Shown piece by piece: positions 23,385-33,243 of a stretch of DNA of 46,072 bases. Below the pieces are notes generated by a model. The model did no database searches and was not told where the DNA came from. It worked only from the letters and a program-made list of their open reading frames with translations. The translations under genes and the position numbers were made by a program. The stretch comes from Thermoplasmata archaeon (GTDB lineage Archaea > Thermoplasmatota > Thermoplasmata > Lutacidiplasmatales > UBA184), in the NCBI GenBank assembly GCA_030040775.1, contig JASHTB010000122.1, positions 1 through 46,072 of the forward strand, read 5' to 3'. The first letter of the stretch is position 1. Every line of letters starts with the position of its first letter.

Positions 23385-24821
23385 ATGGCGGAGGGCTCGG
23401 TGGCATCGATCCCCCCAGAACGCGAGGGGCGGCGCCGGACGAGGACCCGCGACCCTGTCTCCGAGAAGTCGGTGGACCAGACCGACGCGCTCGGAAAGCG
23501 ATCGGTCGAGCTCTCGGCGTACTACCAGGGAAAGATCGAGACCGTGCCCAAGGTCCCGGTCCGTTCGCTCTCCGACTTCGCGCTGTGGTACACTCCGGGG
23601 GTCGCCGAGGTCTCGCGCGCGATCCACGAGGACCCCGACCTAGCCTTCTCCCTCACGGGTCGATGGAACACGGTGGCGATCGTCACCGACGGCTCTCGGG
23701 TCCTCGGGCTCGGCGAGATCGGCCCCCGCGCCGCCCTTCCGGTGATGGAAGGGAAGGCGCTCCTGTTCAAGTTCCTCGGAGGGGTCGACGCGCTGCCGAT
23801 CCCGATCCAGGTGAACTCCCCGGACCAGTTCATCGCCACCGTGGAAGCGATCGCTCCGGCGTTCGGGGGGATCAACCTCGAGGACATCGCCTCGCCGAAG
23901 TGCTTCGGGATCCTCGAGGAGCTCCAGCGACGGCTCGAGGTCCCCGTCTGGCACGACGACCAGCTCGGGACCGCCGCCGCGACGGTGGCGGGGCTCTTGA
24001 ACGCGCTCGCGCTGACCCACCGTTCGGTCCGGGACGTCCGCACGGTGCTTCTCGGGGCCGGTGCGGCGAACCTCGTGACCGCACGGCTTCTCCTCGCCCT
24101 CGGGCACGACCCGAAGCGCCTGACCCTGGTCGACCAGAAGGGGATCCTGCACGCCGAGCGCGACGACATGGACGAGCTGATGCTGAGGAATCCGTGGAAG
24201 TACCGCGCGGCCCTGAAGACGAACGGGGGCGGACGCACGGGAAACCTCGGGGACGCGCTCCGGGGCGCGGACGTGTTGCTCGCCGCGTCCACGCCGAGCC
24301 CGGACACGGTGCGGCCGGACCACATCGAGGCGATGGCCCCCGAGCCGATCGTCTTCGCGCTCGCGAACCCGGTCCCCGAGATCTGGCCCGACGTCGCGAA
24401 GCGGGCCGGCGCGGCGATCGTCGCGACGGGTCGCAGTGACTTCCCGAACCAGGTCAACAACTCGCTCGTCTTCCCGGCGGTGTTTCGGGGGATCCTGGAC
24501 GCGCGGGCGCGCTCCATCCCCGACGAGGTCGTCCTCGCGGCCGCGCGGGAGCTCGCGCGCGGCGCCACTCGGAGGGGCCTCTCGGCCCAGCACCTCCTTC
24601 CGACGATGGAGGAGCCCGAGGTGTTCCCCGAGGTCGCGGCCGCGGCGGGAGACACCGCGGTCCGCCTGGGCGTCGCCCGCCGCAAGCTCTCCCACGACGA
24701 GTTCCTCGAAAGGGCGCGCGCGATGATGGGGCGGTCGACCCGTCTGGTCCGAGCGCTCACGAGGGCCCGGATCAACCCACCGATGCCGCGACCCGGCCGC
24801 CGGGGGAGGAGGACCGAATGA
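23385..24821 (+). CDS. NAD(P)-dependent malic enzyme (short prokaryotic form)
   Basis: LSAYYQGKIE, LWYTPGVAEVSRAI, AIVTDGSRVLGLGEIGP, LPVMEGKALLFK, GINLEDI and LLGAGAANL are present. Confidence 0.9.
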   Translation: MAEGSVASIPPEREGRRRTRTRDPVSEKSVDQTDALGKRSVELSAYYQGKIETVPKVPVRSLSDFALWYTPGVAEVSRAIHEDPDLAFSLTGRWNTVAIVTDGSRVLGLGEIGPRAALPVMEGKALLFKFLGGVDALPIPIQVNSPDQFIATVEAIAPAFGGINLEDIASPKCFGILEELQRRLEVPVWHDDQLGTAAATVAGLLNALALTHRSVRDVRTVLLGAGAANLVTARLLLALGHDPKRLTLVDQKGILHAERDDMDELMLRNPWKYRAALKTNGGGRTGNLGDALRGADVLLAASTPSPDTVRPDHIEAMAPEPIVFALANPVPEIWPDVAKRAGAAIVATGRSDFPNQVNNSLVFPAVFRGILDARARSIPDEVVLAAARELARGATRRGLSAQHLLPTMEEPEVFPEVAAAAGDTAVRLGVARRKLSHDEFLERARAMMGRSTRLVRALTRARINPPMPRPGRRGRRTE

Positions 24822-25354
24822 GCGTGGGGAACGATTCGGGGCCCCACCCGGTCTCGACGGCCGAGGGTCCCTCGGTCCCGATCCACCTAAGGCCCGCGAC
24901 CGAGGCCGACGTGCCGGTGCTCGTCCCGCTCCTCTTGCGCCTGAAGCGACTCAACGAGGAGTTCGACCCGCTGCTCAAGGTCCGCGAAGACGCCGACGAG
25001 CAGGCGCGGAACCTTCTGAAGGCGAACCTCTCCGACCCGAAGTCGGTCGTCCTCTCCGCCGAAGGGGTCGGGGCCGACAAGGACAAGGTCGTCGGCTTCG
25101 TCCGGGCGGTCGTTCGGGAGCGGCCGTTCTATCACCCCGAGTTCGAGGGCGTGATCCTCGACATCTACCTCCTGCCGCTCTACCGTCGCCGTCGCGTCGG
25201 AGAGTACCTCCTCCACGAGGTCTCCGCCGCGCTCAAGGCGAAAGGCGCGGGGGTCGTCACCGCCGAGTTCCCGGCGCAGAACGAGATCGCCGTCCGCTTC
25301 TATGCGAAGCGCGGCTTCCGGCCGATCACAGCGATCCACGCCCGGTCGCTCTAG
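24818..25354 (+). CDS. GNAT family N-acetyltransferase
   Basis: IHLRPATEADVPVL and LLPLYRRRRVGEYLLHEV...FYAKRGFRP are present. The ATG overlaps the malic enzyme stop (ATGA). Confidence 0.8.
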   Translation: MSVGNDSGPHPVSTAEGPSVPIHLRPATEADVPVLVPLLLRLKRLNEEFDPLLKVREDADEQARNLLKANLSDPKSVVLSAEGVGADKDKVVGFVRAVVRERPFYHPEFEGVILDIYLLPLYRRRRVGEYLLHEVSAALKAKGAGVVTAEFPAQNEIAVRFYAKRGFRPITAIHARSL

Positions 25355-25416
25355 TTCGCTCGGCTCCGTCGGCAACCGTTATCGCGCGGTCCCGGGTCGA
25401 GACCGCCGGTACGGGC

Positions 25417-26085
25417 ATGGAGGGCGAGTGGGTCGAGTGGCATCGGGGGTACGAAGGGGACCGCCCTCTCGTCGGGCGCCTCGCGGTCGTGCAGGAGGCG
25501 ATCCGAACCTTCCTCGACGGGAGCCCTCCGGGACGGGTGCGCGTCGTCAGCCTCTGTGCCGGGGACGGCCGGGACCTCCTCGGTGTCCTCGAGGACCATC
25601 CGCGCCGGGCGGACGTGCGGGCCCGCCTCGTCGAGCTCGACTCGACGCTCGCCGCAGCCGCGCGCGCACGGGCCGGAGGAGCCAGCCTCGCCGGGGTCGA
25701 GGTCGCCACCGGGGACGCCTCCACCACCTCGGCCCTCGAGGGGGCGGTGCCGGCCGACCTCGTGCTCCTCTGTGGCATCTTCGGCAACATCGCGGACGCG
25801 GACGTTCACCGGACGGTCGACCACCTCGCCGAGCTCTGCGCGCCCCGCGCGACGGTCGTCTGGACCCGCGGGCGGTTCGCGCCGGACCTTACGCCGACGA
25901 TCCGGGCCTGGTTCCGTGACGCGGGGTTCGAAGAGGTCGCGTTTATTCCGGTCCCTGAGACGACCGCTTCGGTCGGCGTGCACCGGCTCACGGGGAAGCC
26001 CCGGCCGTTCCGGCCCGGCGTGACGCTCTTCACCTTCCTGCCGAAGGAAGAGCGCCCGAGCCAGCGGGCAAGGCCGACCGCCTAG
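25417..26085 (+). CDS. Putative SAM-dependent methyltransferase
   Basis: VRVVSLCAGDGRDLLGVL (motif I-like), LVELD and DLVLLCGIFGNI are present. Confidence 0.65.
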   Translation: MEGEWVEWHRGYEGDRPLVGRLAVVQEAIRTFLDGSPPGRVRVVSLCAGDGRDLLGVLEDHPRRADVRARLVELDSTLAAAARARAGGASLAGVEVATGDASTTSALEGAVPADLVLLCGIFGNIADADVHRTVDHLAELCAPRATVVWTRGRFAPDLTPTIRAWFRDAGFEEVAFIPVPETTASVGVHRLTGKPRPFRPGVTLFTFLPKEERPSQRARPTA

Positions 26086-26190
26086 CGGGGCTGAGCGGCT
26101 TCGCCGGTCACTTCCCGGGGCCACTCGGCGAGGCACGACCCGGGGAAGTTCCGAATTCCGACGACCCGATTCGCCCCGGTCGAGGGCTCC

Positions 26191-26910
26191 TCATCGAGAG
26201 GGGCGCTCCTCCCCCGCGTCGGCGAGCTCCTCCTCGAGGAGGTCGAGGTACTTCCGTAACCGGCGCACGGCGCCGGGGGCGGGTCGTATCTTGAGGTCGA
26301 AGTCGTCCGTGCGCATCGCCTTCCACGGCAGCGAACCCGAAGCCGTCGAGGGTACCGGCTTCGCCGCTCGGCTCGCCGTTCGAGGCGACGCGGACGCAGG
26401 GGAGGGCCGTTCTTGGCTCTCGGGCGGAATCTCTTCCCGGTCCGGAGGGACGAGCCCCGTGTAGGTTAGGTACTCGACAACGACCGCGATCGCGCCTCCG
26501 GCCTCCGTGGTTGAGGTTCCCGCCTCCCGGGCCAAGGCGTCCGCGAGTTGGGCCGTTCGGGCATTCGGGTTGGATTGGAAGAAAGCGACCGCCGCCCGGG
26601 CGAACCAACCCTTCGCGATCAGGGAGCGCAGGACCTTGCGTCCGCGTTGCTCGTCGGACGCCTGGGTATTGAGGAACTGCATCGCGACCGGGGTCGGCTT
26701 GAACTTCCCGGGTGCCTCCTCGACCAGGAAGCCGAGGTCGCTCAGGAACTCGGCGTTCCGCGACGCGGCTCCGGTGGGCAGCCCCCCGCCCTCGACCGAC
26801 CCCGCCTCGACGGACTCGGCGCCGTTCCGGCTCACCGCCATGAACCGACGGAGGATGTCGAAGTGGACCGCGAGAGGGAACTCCTCCGAGGGAAGGGGGC
26901 GGGTCGTCAT
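26191..26910 (-). CDS. Hypothetical protein (239 aa), possibly two wHTH-like segments
   Basis: ATG start and a protein-like composition. LPTGAASRNAEFLSDLGFLV and RTAQLADALAREAGTS...VVEYLTYTGLV resemble recognition-helix/wing segments. I recognise no family. Confidence 0.55.
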   Translation of the reverse strand: MTTRPLPSEEFPLAVHFDILRRFMAVSRNGAESVEAGSVEGGGLPTGAASRNAEFLSDLGFLVEEAPGKFKPTPVAMQFLNTQASDEQRGRKVLRSLIAKGWFARAAVAFFQSNPNARTAQLADALAREAGTSTTEAGGAIAVVVEYLTYTGLVPPDREEIPPESQERPSPASASPRTASRAAKPVPSTASGSLPWKAMRTDDFDLKIRPAPGAVRRLRKYLDLLEEELADAGEERPSR

Positions 26911-27036
26911 CGTTCACGGTTCCCCGCCGGGCGCTCGCCTCCGCGGCAGGGGAACTCGATTCCCTAGCGCCTTGGCCGCGTATTAACCCGCCCGCCTCGG
27001 CGTCTTCCCCTTCGCCGGAGAGAGCGGACCCGCGAA

Positions 27037-27044
27037 CGTTAAGC
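27037..27044 (+). promoter_or_regulatory. TATA-like box for purC
   Basis: CGTTAAGC is preceded by GCGAA and lies 24-31 nt upstream of ATG 27068. Confidence 0.45.
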
Positions 27045-27067
27045 GAAGTCTCCCTCCTCGCAGGCCG

Positions 27068-28027
27068 ATGCCGAAGACGAGCGCAGTACCGGTGGCTCCC
27101 TCTCCGAAATACCTACGGCGGGGGAAGGTCAAGGAGGTCTACGAGGTCTCTCCGACCGAGCTCGAGTTCCGGTTCACGAACGACATCTCCGTCTTCGATA
27201 AGCACATCCCGAGCGAGATCCCGCACAAAGGCGAGACGCTCGCGCGCACCGCAGCCCACTGGTTCGAGGCGTGCGGCCGGATCGGGGTTCCGCACCACTT
27301 CCTCGGCCTCTCGGGCCCGACGGCGATGCGGGTGAAACGGGTCCGCGTCGTCCCGAAGCCACGGAGCCTCGGCCCCCACCCGAAAGACTACCTCGTCCCG
27401 CTCGAGCTGATCGTCCGCTACTATCTTGCGGGGTCGATGTGGGACCGCGTGAAGGCGGGCAAGGTCACCGCGCAGGACCTCGGCTTCCCCGCCGGGAAGA
27501 AGCTCGAGTACGCGCTTCCGCTGCCCGAGCCCCACTTCGAGGTCACCACCAAGCTCGAGCCGGTCGACCGGCTCCTCTCGACCTCGGAGGCGCTCGAGCT
27601 CTCCGCGCTCGACCGAAGCGAACTCGACGCGATCCGCGAGACGATCCTCAAGGTCGACCGGGCGATGCAGGAGGAGATCGGGCACCGCGGGTTGATCCAC
27701 GTCGACGGGAAGAAGGAGTTCGGCGTCGACGCCGAGGGCACGCTCCTGATCGTCGACACGTTCGGAACGGCGGACGAGGACCGGTTCTGGGACAAGGACG
27801 CGTTCGAGCGGGGTCGTCAGGTCGACTTCTCGAAGGAGTTCGTCCGACAGCACTACCGGCAGACCGGCTACTACGACCGCCTCCTGAAGGCGCGCGCCGA
27901 CCACGCCGAGGAACCGCCGATCCCTGCGCTCCCTCCGCTGCTCGTGGACGAGGTGAGCCGGCTCTACACGACCGTCTTCGAACGCCTGACCGGAGAGCCG
28001 TTCTCGCCGCTCGAGCAGGCCGCCTAG
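27068..28027 (+). CDS. purC: Phosphoribosylaminoimidazole-succinocarboxamide (SAICAR) synthase
   Basis: [35 protein letters not shown] and [11 protein letters not shown] are present. Confidence 0.9.
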   Translation: MPKTSAVPVAPSPKYLRRGKVKEVYEVSPTELEFRFTNDISVFDKHIPSEIPHKGETLARTAAHWFEACGRIGVPHHFLGLSGPTAMRVKRVRVVPKPRSLGPHPKDYLVPLELIVRYYLAGSMWDRVKAGKVTAQDLGFPAGKKLEYALPLPEPHFEVTTKLEPVDRLLSTSEALELSALDRSELDAIRETILKVDRAMQEEIGHRGLIHVDGKKEFGVDAEGTLLIVDTFGTADEDRFWDKDAFERGRQVDFSKEFVRQHYRQTGYYDRLLKARADHAEEPPIPALPPLLVDEVSRLYTTVFERLTGEPFSPLEQAA

Positions 28028-28067
28028 CGAAGGCCCACCGTTCACCGTTTCGGACCCCCTCCCCTAC

Positions 28068-28075
28068 GCTTATCT
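28068..28075 (+). promoter_or_regulatory. TATA-like box for radA
   Basis: GCTTATCT lies 24-31 nt upstream of GTG 28099. Confidence 0.45.
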
Positions 28076-28098
28076 CCCCTCGACCCGGTTCGCACTCC

Positions 28099-29097
28099 GT
28101 GCCGTCCAAGAGCGCGTCCCGCCCGTCCAGTGACGAGGAGACGGAGGCCGAGCCGAAGGGCGAGGTCGGTCTCGAAGACCTCCCCGGGGTCGGACCGACC
28201 ATCGCCGAGAAGCTCCGCGAGAGCGGCTACACCGACCTGATGGAGCTCGCGGTCGCCTCGCCCGGCGACGTCGCGGAGGCCGCCGAGATCGGACTCGCGA
28301 TCGCGCAGAAGATCATCGGAGAGGCCCGCCGCAAGGCCGACGTCGGGGGCTTCGAGAGCGGCACGATCCTCCTCGAGCGGCGGAAGAAGCTCGGCCGGGT
28401 GACGACGAACTCGAAGGCGCTTGACGAGCTCCTGGGCGGCGGGGTCGAGACCCAGGCGATCACGGAGTTCTCGGGCGAGTTCGGCACGGGAAAGACCCAG
28501 CTCGCGCATCAGATCGCGGTCGACATCCAGATGCCGCCGGCGCAGGGCGGCCTCTCGGGCGAGGTCGTCTACATCGACACGGAGAGCACGTTCCGCCCCG
28601 AGCGGGTCGTCGACATGGCGAAGGGGCTCGGGCTCGACCCCGAAACCGCGCTCGGCCGGATCCACGTCGCGCGCGCGTTCAACTCGAACCACCAGATGCT
28701 CCTCGTCCAGAAGGCTCAGGAGCTCGCCCGCGAGAAGCCGATCCGCCTCCTCGTGGTCGATTCGCTCACCGCCCACTTCCGCTCGGAGTACGTCGGCCGC
28801 GGGGAGCTCGCCCCCCGCCAGCAGCAGCTGAACCGGCACCTCCACGAGCTGCTGCGCTTCTCCGACACGTACAACGCGGCGATCGTCGTCACGAACCAGG
28901 TGTCGGCGCGCCCGGACGTCCTCTTCGGCGACCCGACCCGGCCGATCGGCGGCAACATCGTCGCCCACGCGGCGACGTACCGGGTCTATCTGCGGAAATC
29001 GAAGCCGCCGCGCCGGATCGCCCGTCTCATCGACTCGCCGAACCTCCCCGAGGGCGAGGCGGTCTTCTCGCTCACGACGGAGGGGATCCGCGACTAG
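28099..29097 (+). CDS. radA: DNA repair and recombination protein RadA
   Basis: The HhH region is [20 protein letters not shown]. Walker A is [13 protein letters not shown] and Walker B is [19 protein letters not shown] and [13 protein letters not shown] are also present. I chose GTG 28099 because the upstream part of the long ORF is junk overlapping purC. Confidence 0.95.
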   Translation: MPSKSASRPSSDEETEAEPKGEVGLEDLPGVGPTIAEKLRESGYTDLMELAVASPGDVAEAAEIGLAIAQKIIGEARRKADVGGFESGTILLERRKKLGRVTTNSKALDELLGGGVETQAITEFSGEFGTGKTQLAHQIAVDIQMPPAQGGLSGEVVYIDTESTFRPERVVDMAKGLGLDPETALGRIHVARAFNSNHQMLLVQKAQELAREKPIRLLVVDSLTAHFRSEYVGRGELAPRQQQLNRHLHELLRFSDTYNAAIVVTNQVSARPDVLFGDPTRPIGGNIVAHAATYRVYLRKSKPPRRIARLIDSPNLPEGEAVFSLTTEGIRD

Positions 29098-29758
29098 CCG
29101 CCACGGCGCCCCCGACCCGGCGCAGCGCGGTCGCCTTCACGTAGAGGGTCACGGGGACCCCCGGCTTGAGTCCGAGCTCGCGAAGCGGCTCCTCCGTGAC
29201 CGCGACCTTGAGGCGGGTCCCCGAGCACCGGACGAGGAGCGTCACCCCGAGCGCCTTCGGGGCCCGCCGCACCGCCTCGACCGTCGCGGAGAGGACGTTG
29301 CGTGCGCTCGAGGGAAAGCGTCGGCGCGCGATCACGACCGCCTCGGGGTCGAGGAGGAGGGAGACCGGCGCCCCGTCCTCGGCGTCGAAAGCGACCCGCA
29401 GGCGGAGGGAACGCCCCACCCGGACCTCAGGCATCGGCGTCCGATGGTACACACCGTGCAACAGGTTGGGGAGGTCGAGCGGCGTCACCGGTCGGGCGTT
29501 GAGGAGCTCGACCGAATCGAACCCTCCGTGCACGATCCGGTCGCCGAGGACGGTCAGGACCGTCCCCCCGTGTTCCCGGCCCCCGCGGACGCTCTGGACG
29601 ACCGGCCCGCCGAACGCCCGGCCTAGCCGGGCGATTCGGTAGACCGCCCGGTCCCGAGAGATCCCGACTTCGCGGCTCGCGCGGACGACCGAGCGCTCCC
29701 GCGCCACGGCCTGGAGCAGCGCGACGTCCGTGCTCGTCACCGCCTTGCCGCGATCCAT
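29072..29758 (-). CDS. ModE-like transcriptional regulator (N-terminal HTH + TOBE-like domain)
   Basis: [32 protein letters not shown] is the [13 protein letters not shown]...[19 protein letters not shown]...[10 protein letters not shown] is TOBE-like. The gene lies next to a Mo/W-type ABC operon, and its 3-prime end overlaps radA by 26 nt. Confidence 0.7.
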   Translation of the reverse strand: MDRGKAVTSTDVALLQAVARERSVVRASREVGISRDRAVYRIARLGRAFGGPVVQSVRGGREHGGTVLTVLGDRIVHGGFDSVELLNARPVTPLDLPNLLHGVYHRTPMPEVRVGRSLRLRVAFDAEDGAPVSLLLDPEAVVIARRRFPSSARNVLSATVEAVRRAPKALGVTLLVRCSGTRLKVAVTEEPLRELGLKPGVPVTLYVKATALRRVGGAVAASRGSPPS

Positions 29759-29774
29759 TCCGGGTCACCCTGCG

Positions 29775-30800
29775 CTAGGCGTCGAGCGTCCCGAGAGAGC
29801 GGAGGCTCTTCTCCTCTACGTCGAACCGGACCCGGTCCCCGCGGGACGGGAGGCGTCCGTCCGCCCCCGGTTCGAGGCGGAGCGCGACCGAGAGCCCGCC
29901 CACCGACGCCGCGACGGCGAGGCCCTCGGGAGTGGGCCGGGCGGCTCGCACCGTCCCCTCCCAGGCACCCGAGGTCGCCGGGGCCGCGTGGACGAACGGA
30001 CGGGCGAAGGCGATCCCGCCCGGTCCGGTCCGTGCGGCGAGCCAGGCGGCGAAGGGGCCCGCCACCGGGGCGACCAGCGCGGCCCGTTCGTAGACGTTCT
30101 CGTACCCGACGAACCGCGCCGTGAACGGGTCGATCGGACGGGCGAGGAGCTCGCCCGGGGCCCCGGAGAATTCGGGGACCCCCCGGCGCAGCACGAGGAA
30201 CTCGTCGGCGGTCGAGAACGCGAGGGCGGGGTCGTGGGTCACGAGCACGACCGGCACCCGGGCCACCTCCCGCAGCTCTTCGAAGACCTCTCCCAGGGCG
30301 TGCCGGGCCTCGACGTCGAGCGCCTGCCACGGCTCGTCCCAGAGGACGAGCTCGGGCTCCGCGGCGAGGGCGCGCGCGAGGGCTACTCGCTCGGCCTCCC
30401 CGCCGCTGAGGCGGGCCGGATACCGGTGAGCGAGCTCGGTAAGCCCGAACCGATCGAGCATCTCCCGGGCCCGAGCCCGTGCGTCGAGCCGGGCCCGCAT
30501 CTCGAGGGGATAGCTCACGTTCCGTTCGACCGTGCGGTGCGGGAAGAGGCCGAGCCCCTGGGGTACGTAGCCGAGCCGGCGGGCCTCGGGGGGCCGGTCG
30601 GTCAGGTCGGTGTGGTCCCGCACGATCCGTCCGGCATCCGCCGGCAGAAAGCCGGCGAGCGTGCGCAGGAGCGTCGTCTTTCCGGCGCCGGAGTTTCCGA
30701 GCACGGCGACGACCTGGCCGGGCGCGAGGGCGAGATCGACCGGGCCGAGGCGGAACCCGTCGAGATGCGAGGCGACCCCCTCCACCGACCAGTGGCTCAT
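29775..30800 (-). CDS. ABC transporter ATP-binding protein (molybdate/tungstate/sulfate type) with a C-terminal TOBE-like region
   Basis: Walker A is GNSGAGKTTLLRTLAG, the signature is LSGGEAERVALARAL, and Walker B is LVLWDEP. The ATG at 30800 overlaps the permease stop (ATGA). Confidence 0.85.
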   Translation of the reverse strand: MSHWSVEGVASHLDGFRLGPVDLALAPGQVVAVLGNSGAGKTTLLRTLAGFLPADAGRIVRDHTDLTDRPPEARRLGYVPQGLGLFPHRTVERNVSYPLEMRARLDARARAREMLDRFGLTELAHRYPARLSGGEAERVALARALAAEPELVLWDEPWQALDVEARHALGEVFEELREVARVPVVLVTHDPALAFSTADEFLVLRRGVPEFSGAPGELLARPIDPFTARFVGYENVYERAALVAPVAGPFAAWLAARTGPGGIAFARPFVHAAPATSGAWEGTVRAARPTPEGLAVAASVGGLSVALRLEPGADGRLPSRGDRVRFDVEEKSLRSLGTLDA

Positions 30801-31678
30801 GGCACGAGCTCCCCCCGGCGCCACGGAACCCATCCCGACCGTTCGCCGAGCCGGACGGCTAGGAACAGCGCGAAGGCGATTAGGAGGAAGACCGAACTGA
30901 CCGCGGCCGCGTCGCGGAGGTTCCCGGTCTGGAAGATGTTGTAGACGAGGACGCTGATCGTCGAGGTCACGGGACCCGTGTACGGCCCGCCCGGGTAGAC
31001 CGTGTAGGCAAGGATCAGGATCCCGCCGATCTCGCTCACGGCTCGGGCCCACGTGAGGAGGAGCCCCGTGACGATCCCGCGGAGGGCAAGGGGGAAGCTG
31101 ACGGTGAGGAACGCGTTCACCGGCCCCGCGCCGAGCGAGCGGGCCGCCTCCACCGTGCGGGCGTCGACTGCCTGGAACGAGAGCTGCGAGGCGAGGACCG
31201 TGTAGGGCACGCTCACGACGATCATCACGAGCACGACGCCCCAGATCGTGTCGTAGACGGGAAAGCCGACCGCGTTCGCGAAGCGATAGAGCGGGGTACC
31301 CGGGATCGCGAGCACCAGGAAGAGCCCGAGGCCGACCAGGAGGTGCGGCACGGCGATCGGCAGGGCGACCGCCGACTCGACCACGCTGCGGCCGGGGAAC
31401 CGCCGGCGGGCGAGGAGGTAGCCGAACGGGATCGCGAAGACGACGGCGGCGAGAACCGTCAGGCCCGAGGCGTAGAGCGTGAGCCCGATGGCGGTCGTGA
31501 CGACCGGATTCGAGGCGGCGGCGAGGAGCTCGGACGGTGGCGCGTAGGTGAAGAGTGCATAGACCGGGAGGAGCAGAAGAAGGAGGAGCGACCCCGATAG
31601 CACGAGATGGAGGGCAAGCCACGGCGTCCCGCGATGGGCCCGCCGCCGGGGGGGAGGGGCCTTCCCCTCCCCGCTCAT
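30797..31678 (-). CDS. ABC transporter permease (ModB/WtpB/CysT type)
   Basis: There are multiple TM helices and an EAA-loop-like EAARSLGAGPVNAFLTVSFPLALRG. Confidence 0.8.
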   Translation of the reverse strand: MSGEGKAPPPRRRAHRGTPWLALHLVLSGSLLLLLLLPVYALFTYAPPSELLAAASNPVVTTAIGLTLYASGLTVLAAVVFAIPFGYLLARRRFPGRSVVESAVALPIAVPHLLVGLGLFLVLAIPGTPLYRFANAVGFPVYDTIWGVVLVMIVVSVPYTVLASQLSFQAVDARTVEAARSLGAGPVNAFLTVSFPLALRGIVTGLLLTWARAVSEIGGILILAYTVYPGGPYTGPVTSTISVLVYNIFQTGNLRDAAAVSSVFLLIAFALFLAVRLGERSGWVPWRRGELVP

Positions 31679-32772
31679 GAGACGAACGGACTAGCCCAGG
31701 CCGGGAGCGCCGTCACGTCGGGCGCCACGACCGGCGGGACGGTCCCCGGCCCATACGCCCAACCGGGGAAGATCGGCCACCATCCCTTGGCGGTGAGAAT
31801 GGCGCTCCCTTGCGGGGAGAGGAGGAGGTGGACGAACGCGGCCCCGAGTCCGGGGTTCGGCGCGTTCAGGGGAACGGTCACCGTGAACAGGATGGGAGCC
31901 GGATGGACGGTCACGAGCGAACCGGACGACCCGACGATCTGCGTACCGGGAAGCGCCGCGTACTGACTGAGCGCCCCGCTGGTGTTCGCGCCGAGACCGA
32001 CCGTCGTGTTGAGCAGGACGTAGTGGAGGTCGTTGTCGATGGCGACCGGCAGGTAGGTGATCACGGCGGGAACGACCCCGGTCTCGATGAGCGTCGCGGC
32101 CTGGGACTCGTGCTCGAGAATCGTCGTGTACTTGTTCGGGGACGCGTAGGTACCGGGGGCGCCGCTGTAGAACGTGCTGTAGAGCGAGGAGATCCCAGCC
32201 TGGTAGAGCTCCCCCTGGAGCATCATGCTGAAGATCTCGTTGTAGCCGTTCGGGTCGGTCGAGGCGTTCCAGATCCCGAGCCGCGAGGTCGACGTGTTGA
32301 GGGCGACCTCGGTCTGGAGCTTCTCTCCCCAGTTCATCGCGTTGATCCCCGCGAACTGCGGGACGCTCGGGTTGTAGATCAGGACCTCTTGGGTCTGCGC
32401 GAAGACGACTCCGTAGTTCGCGTACGTCGGCTCGAGGTACTGCGGGACGAGCCGGAAGTCAGCGAGCGCGGCGACGTCCGCCTTCGCCCCGAGTGAGGTG
32501 ATCGCGGTCGTGATGTCGAGCGACCCCTCGTAGGTCTGGGCGGCCGCCGGGGCGGTGATTCCCGGGGTCTCATTCACGAGCTCACTCGCGACCGGAGGGA
32601 ACGTGTCGGTCAGCGTGCCGGCGGCGAGGACGGAGAGCGTCGTGTTCTCGGCCGAGCTCGGCGTCGCAGCCGGGGTCCCGCGGTACTCGTACCCCGCGTA
32701 GAAGCCGAGCCCGCCGATGCCGGCAGCGACCACGATGACGATGACGATCCAGACCGGGGTGGTGGCGGCCAT
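31675..32772 (-). CDS. Membrane-anchored substrate-binding protein of the ABC transporter (WtpA/ModA-like by context)
   Basis: The N-terminal anchor is VWIVIVIVVAAGIGGLGFYAG, followed by LSVLAAGTL...YEGSLDIT.... ATG 32772 is preferred over 32793 because of the TATA-like box at 32795-32803. Substrate is not determinable by eye. Confidence 0.65.
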   Translation of the reverse strand: MAATTPVWIVIVIVVAAGIGGLGFYAGYEYRGTPAATPSSAENTTLSVLAAGTLTDTFPPVASELVNETPGITAPAAAQTYEGSLDITTAITSLGAKADVAALADFRLVPQYLEPTYANYGVVFAQTQEVLIYNPSVPQFAGINAMNWGEKLQTEVALNTSTSRLGIWNASTDPNGYNEIFSMMLQGELYQAGISSLYSTFYSGAPGTYASPNKYTTILEHESQAATLIETGVVPAVITYLPVAIDNDLHYVLLNTTVGLGANTSGALSQYAALPGTQIVGSSGSLVTVHPAPILFTVTVPLNAPNPGLGAAFVHLLLSPQGSAILTAKGWWPIFPGWAYGPGTVPPVVAPDVTALPAWASPFVS

Positions 32773-32794
32773 CGATGTGGGAAAAACCCTCATC

Positions 32795-32803
32795 GGATAA
32801 GGG
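32795..32803 (-). promoter_or_regulatory. TATA-like box for the ABC transporter operon
   Basis: The minus strand reads CCCTTATCC, 23-31 nt upstream of ATG 32772. Confidence 0.4.
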
Positions 32804-32826
32804 TTACGAACGCGCCGAGGACCCCT

Positions 32827-33213
32827 TCAGAGGTCCCGGAACCGTTCCGGCGGGAAGTATAACCGGTAGACCCTCCCGACGATCGACCGGAGCGGCACCG
32901 GCCCGAACTTCCGGCTGTCCCGGGCGAAGTCGACCGCGTCACCCCGGACATCCGCCGTGCCGCTTCCGGGGTCCACGGCCGCGACCCGCTTGACGAGCCA
33001 GCGCCCCGGGGCCGCGGGGTCCACGAGAACGATGACGTCCCCGACGACCGGGGGACGGTGCCGGTAGGCCGACCGGTCGACCCAGAGTCGGTCCCCCGGT
33101 CGAAGGGTCGGGACCATGCTGGCGTCGGCGACCCGGACCCGTTGCCGCCGCCAGAACGCCCATCGCGGCGGGGGACCGACGGGAGCGGGGTTGGGGGTCG
33201 GGGTCGCCGGCAT
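32827..33213 (-). CDS. sodX: S26-family signal-peptidase-like protease, NiSOD maturation protease type
   Basis: ADASMVPTLRPGDRLWV carries the catalytic Ser motif, LVKRVAAV the Lys motif, and RGDAVDFARDSRKFGPV the GD...DSR box. It is divergent from sodN. Confidence 0.8.
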   Translation of the reverse strand: MPATPTPNPAPVGPPPRWAFWRRQRVRVADASMVPTLRPGDRLWVDRSAYRHRPPVVGDVIVLVDPAAPGRWLVKRVAAVDPGSGTADVRGDAVDFARDSRKFGPVPLRSIVGRVYRLYFPPERFRDL

Positions 33214-33221
33214 CTTTATTC
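33214..33221 (+). promoter_or_regulatory. TATA-like box for sodN, abutting the sodX start codon
   Basis: CTTTATTC lies 23-30 nt upstream of ATG 33244. The whole sodX-sodN intergenic space is only 30 nt. Confidence 0.45.
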
Positions 33222-33243
33222 GCCCGACCGGGCTCGCCCGACC

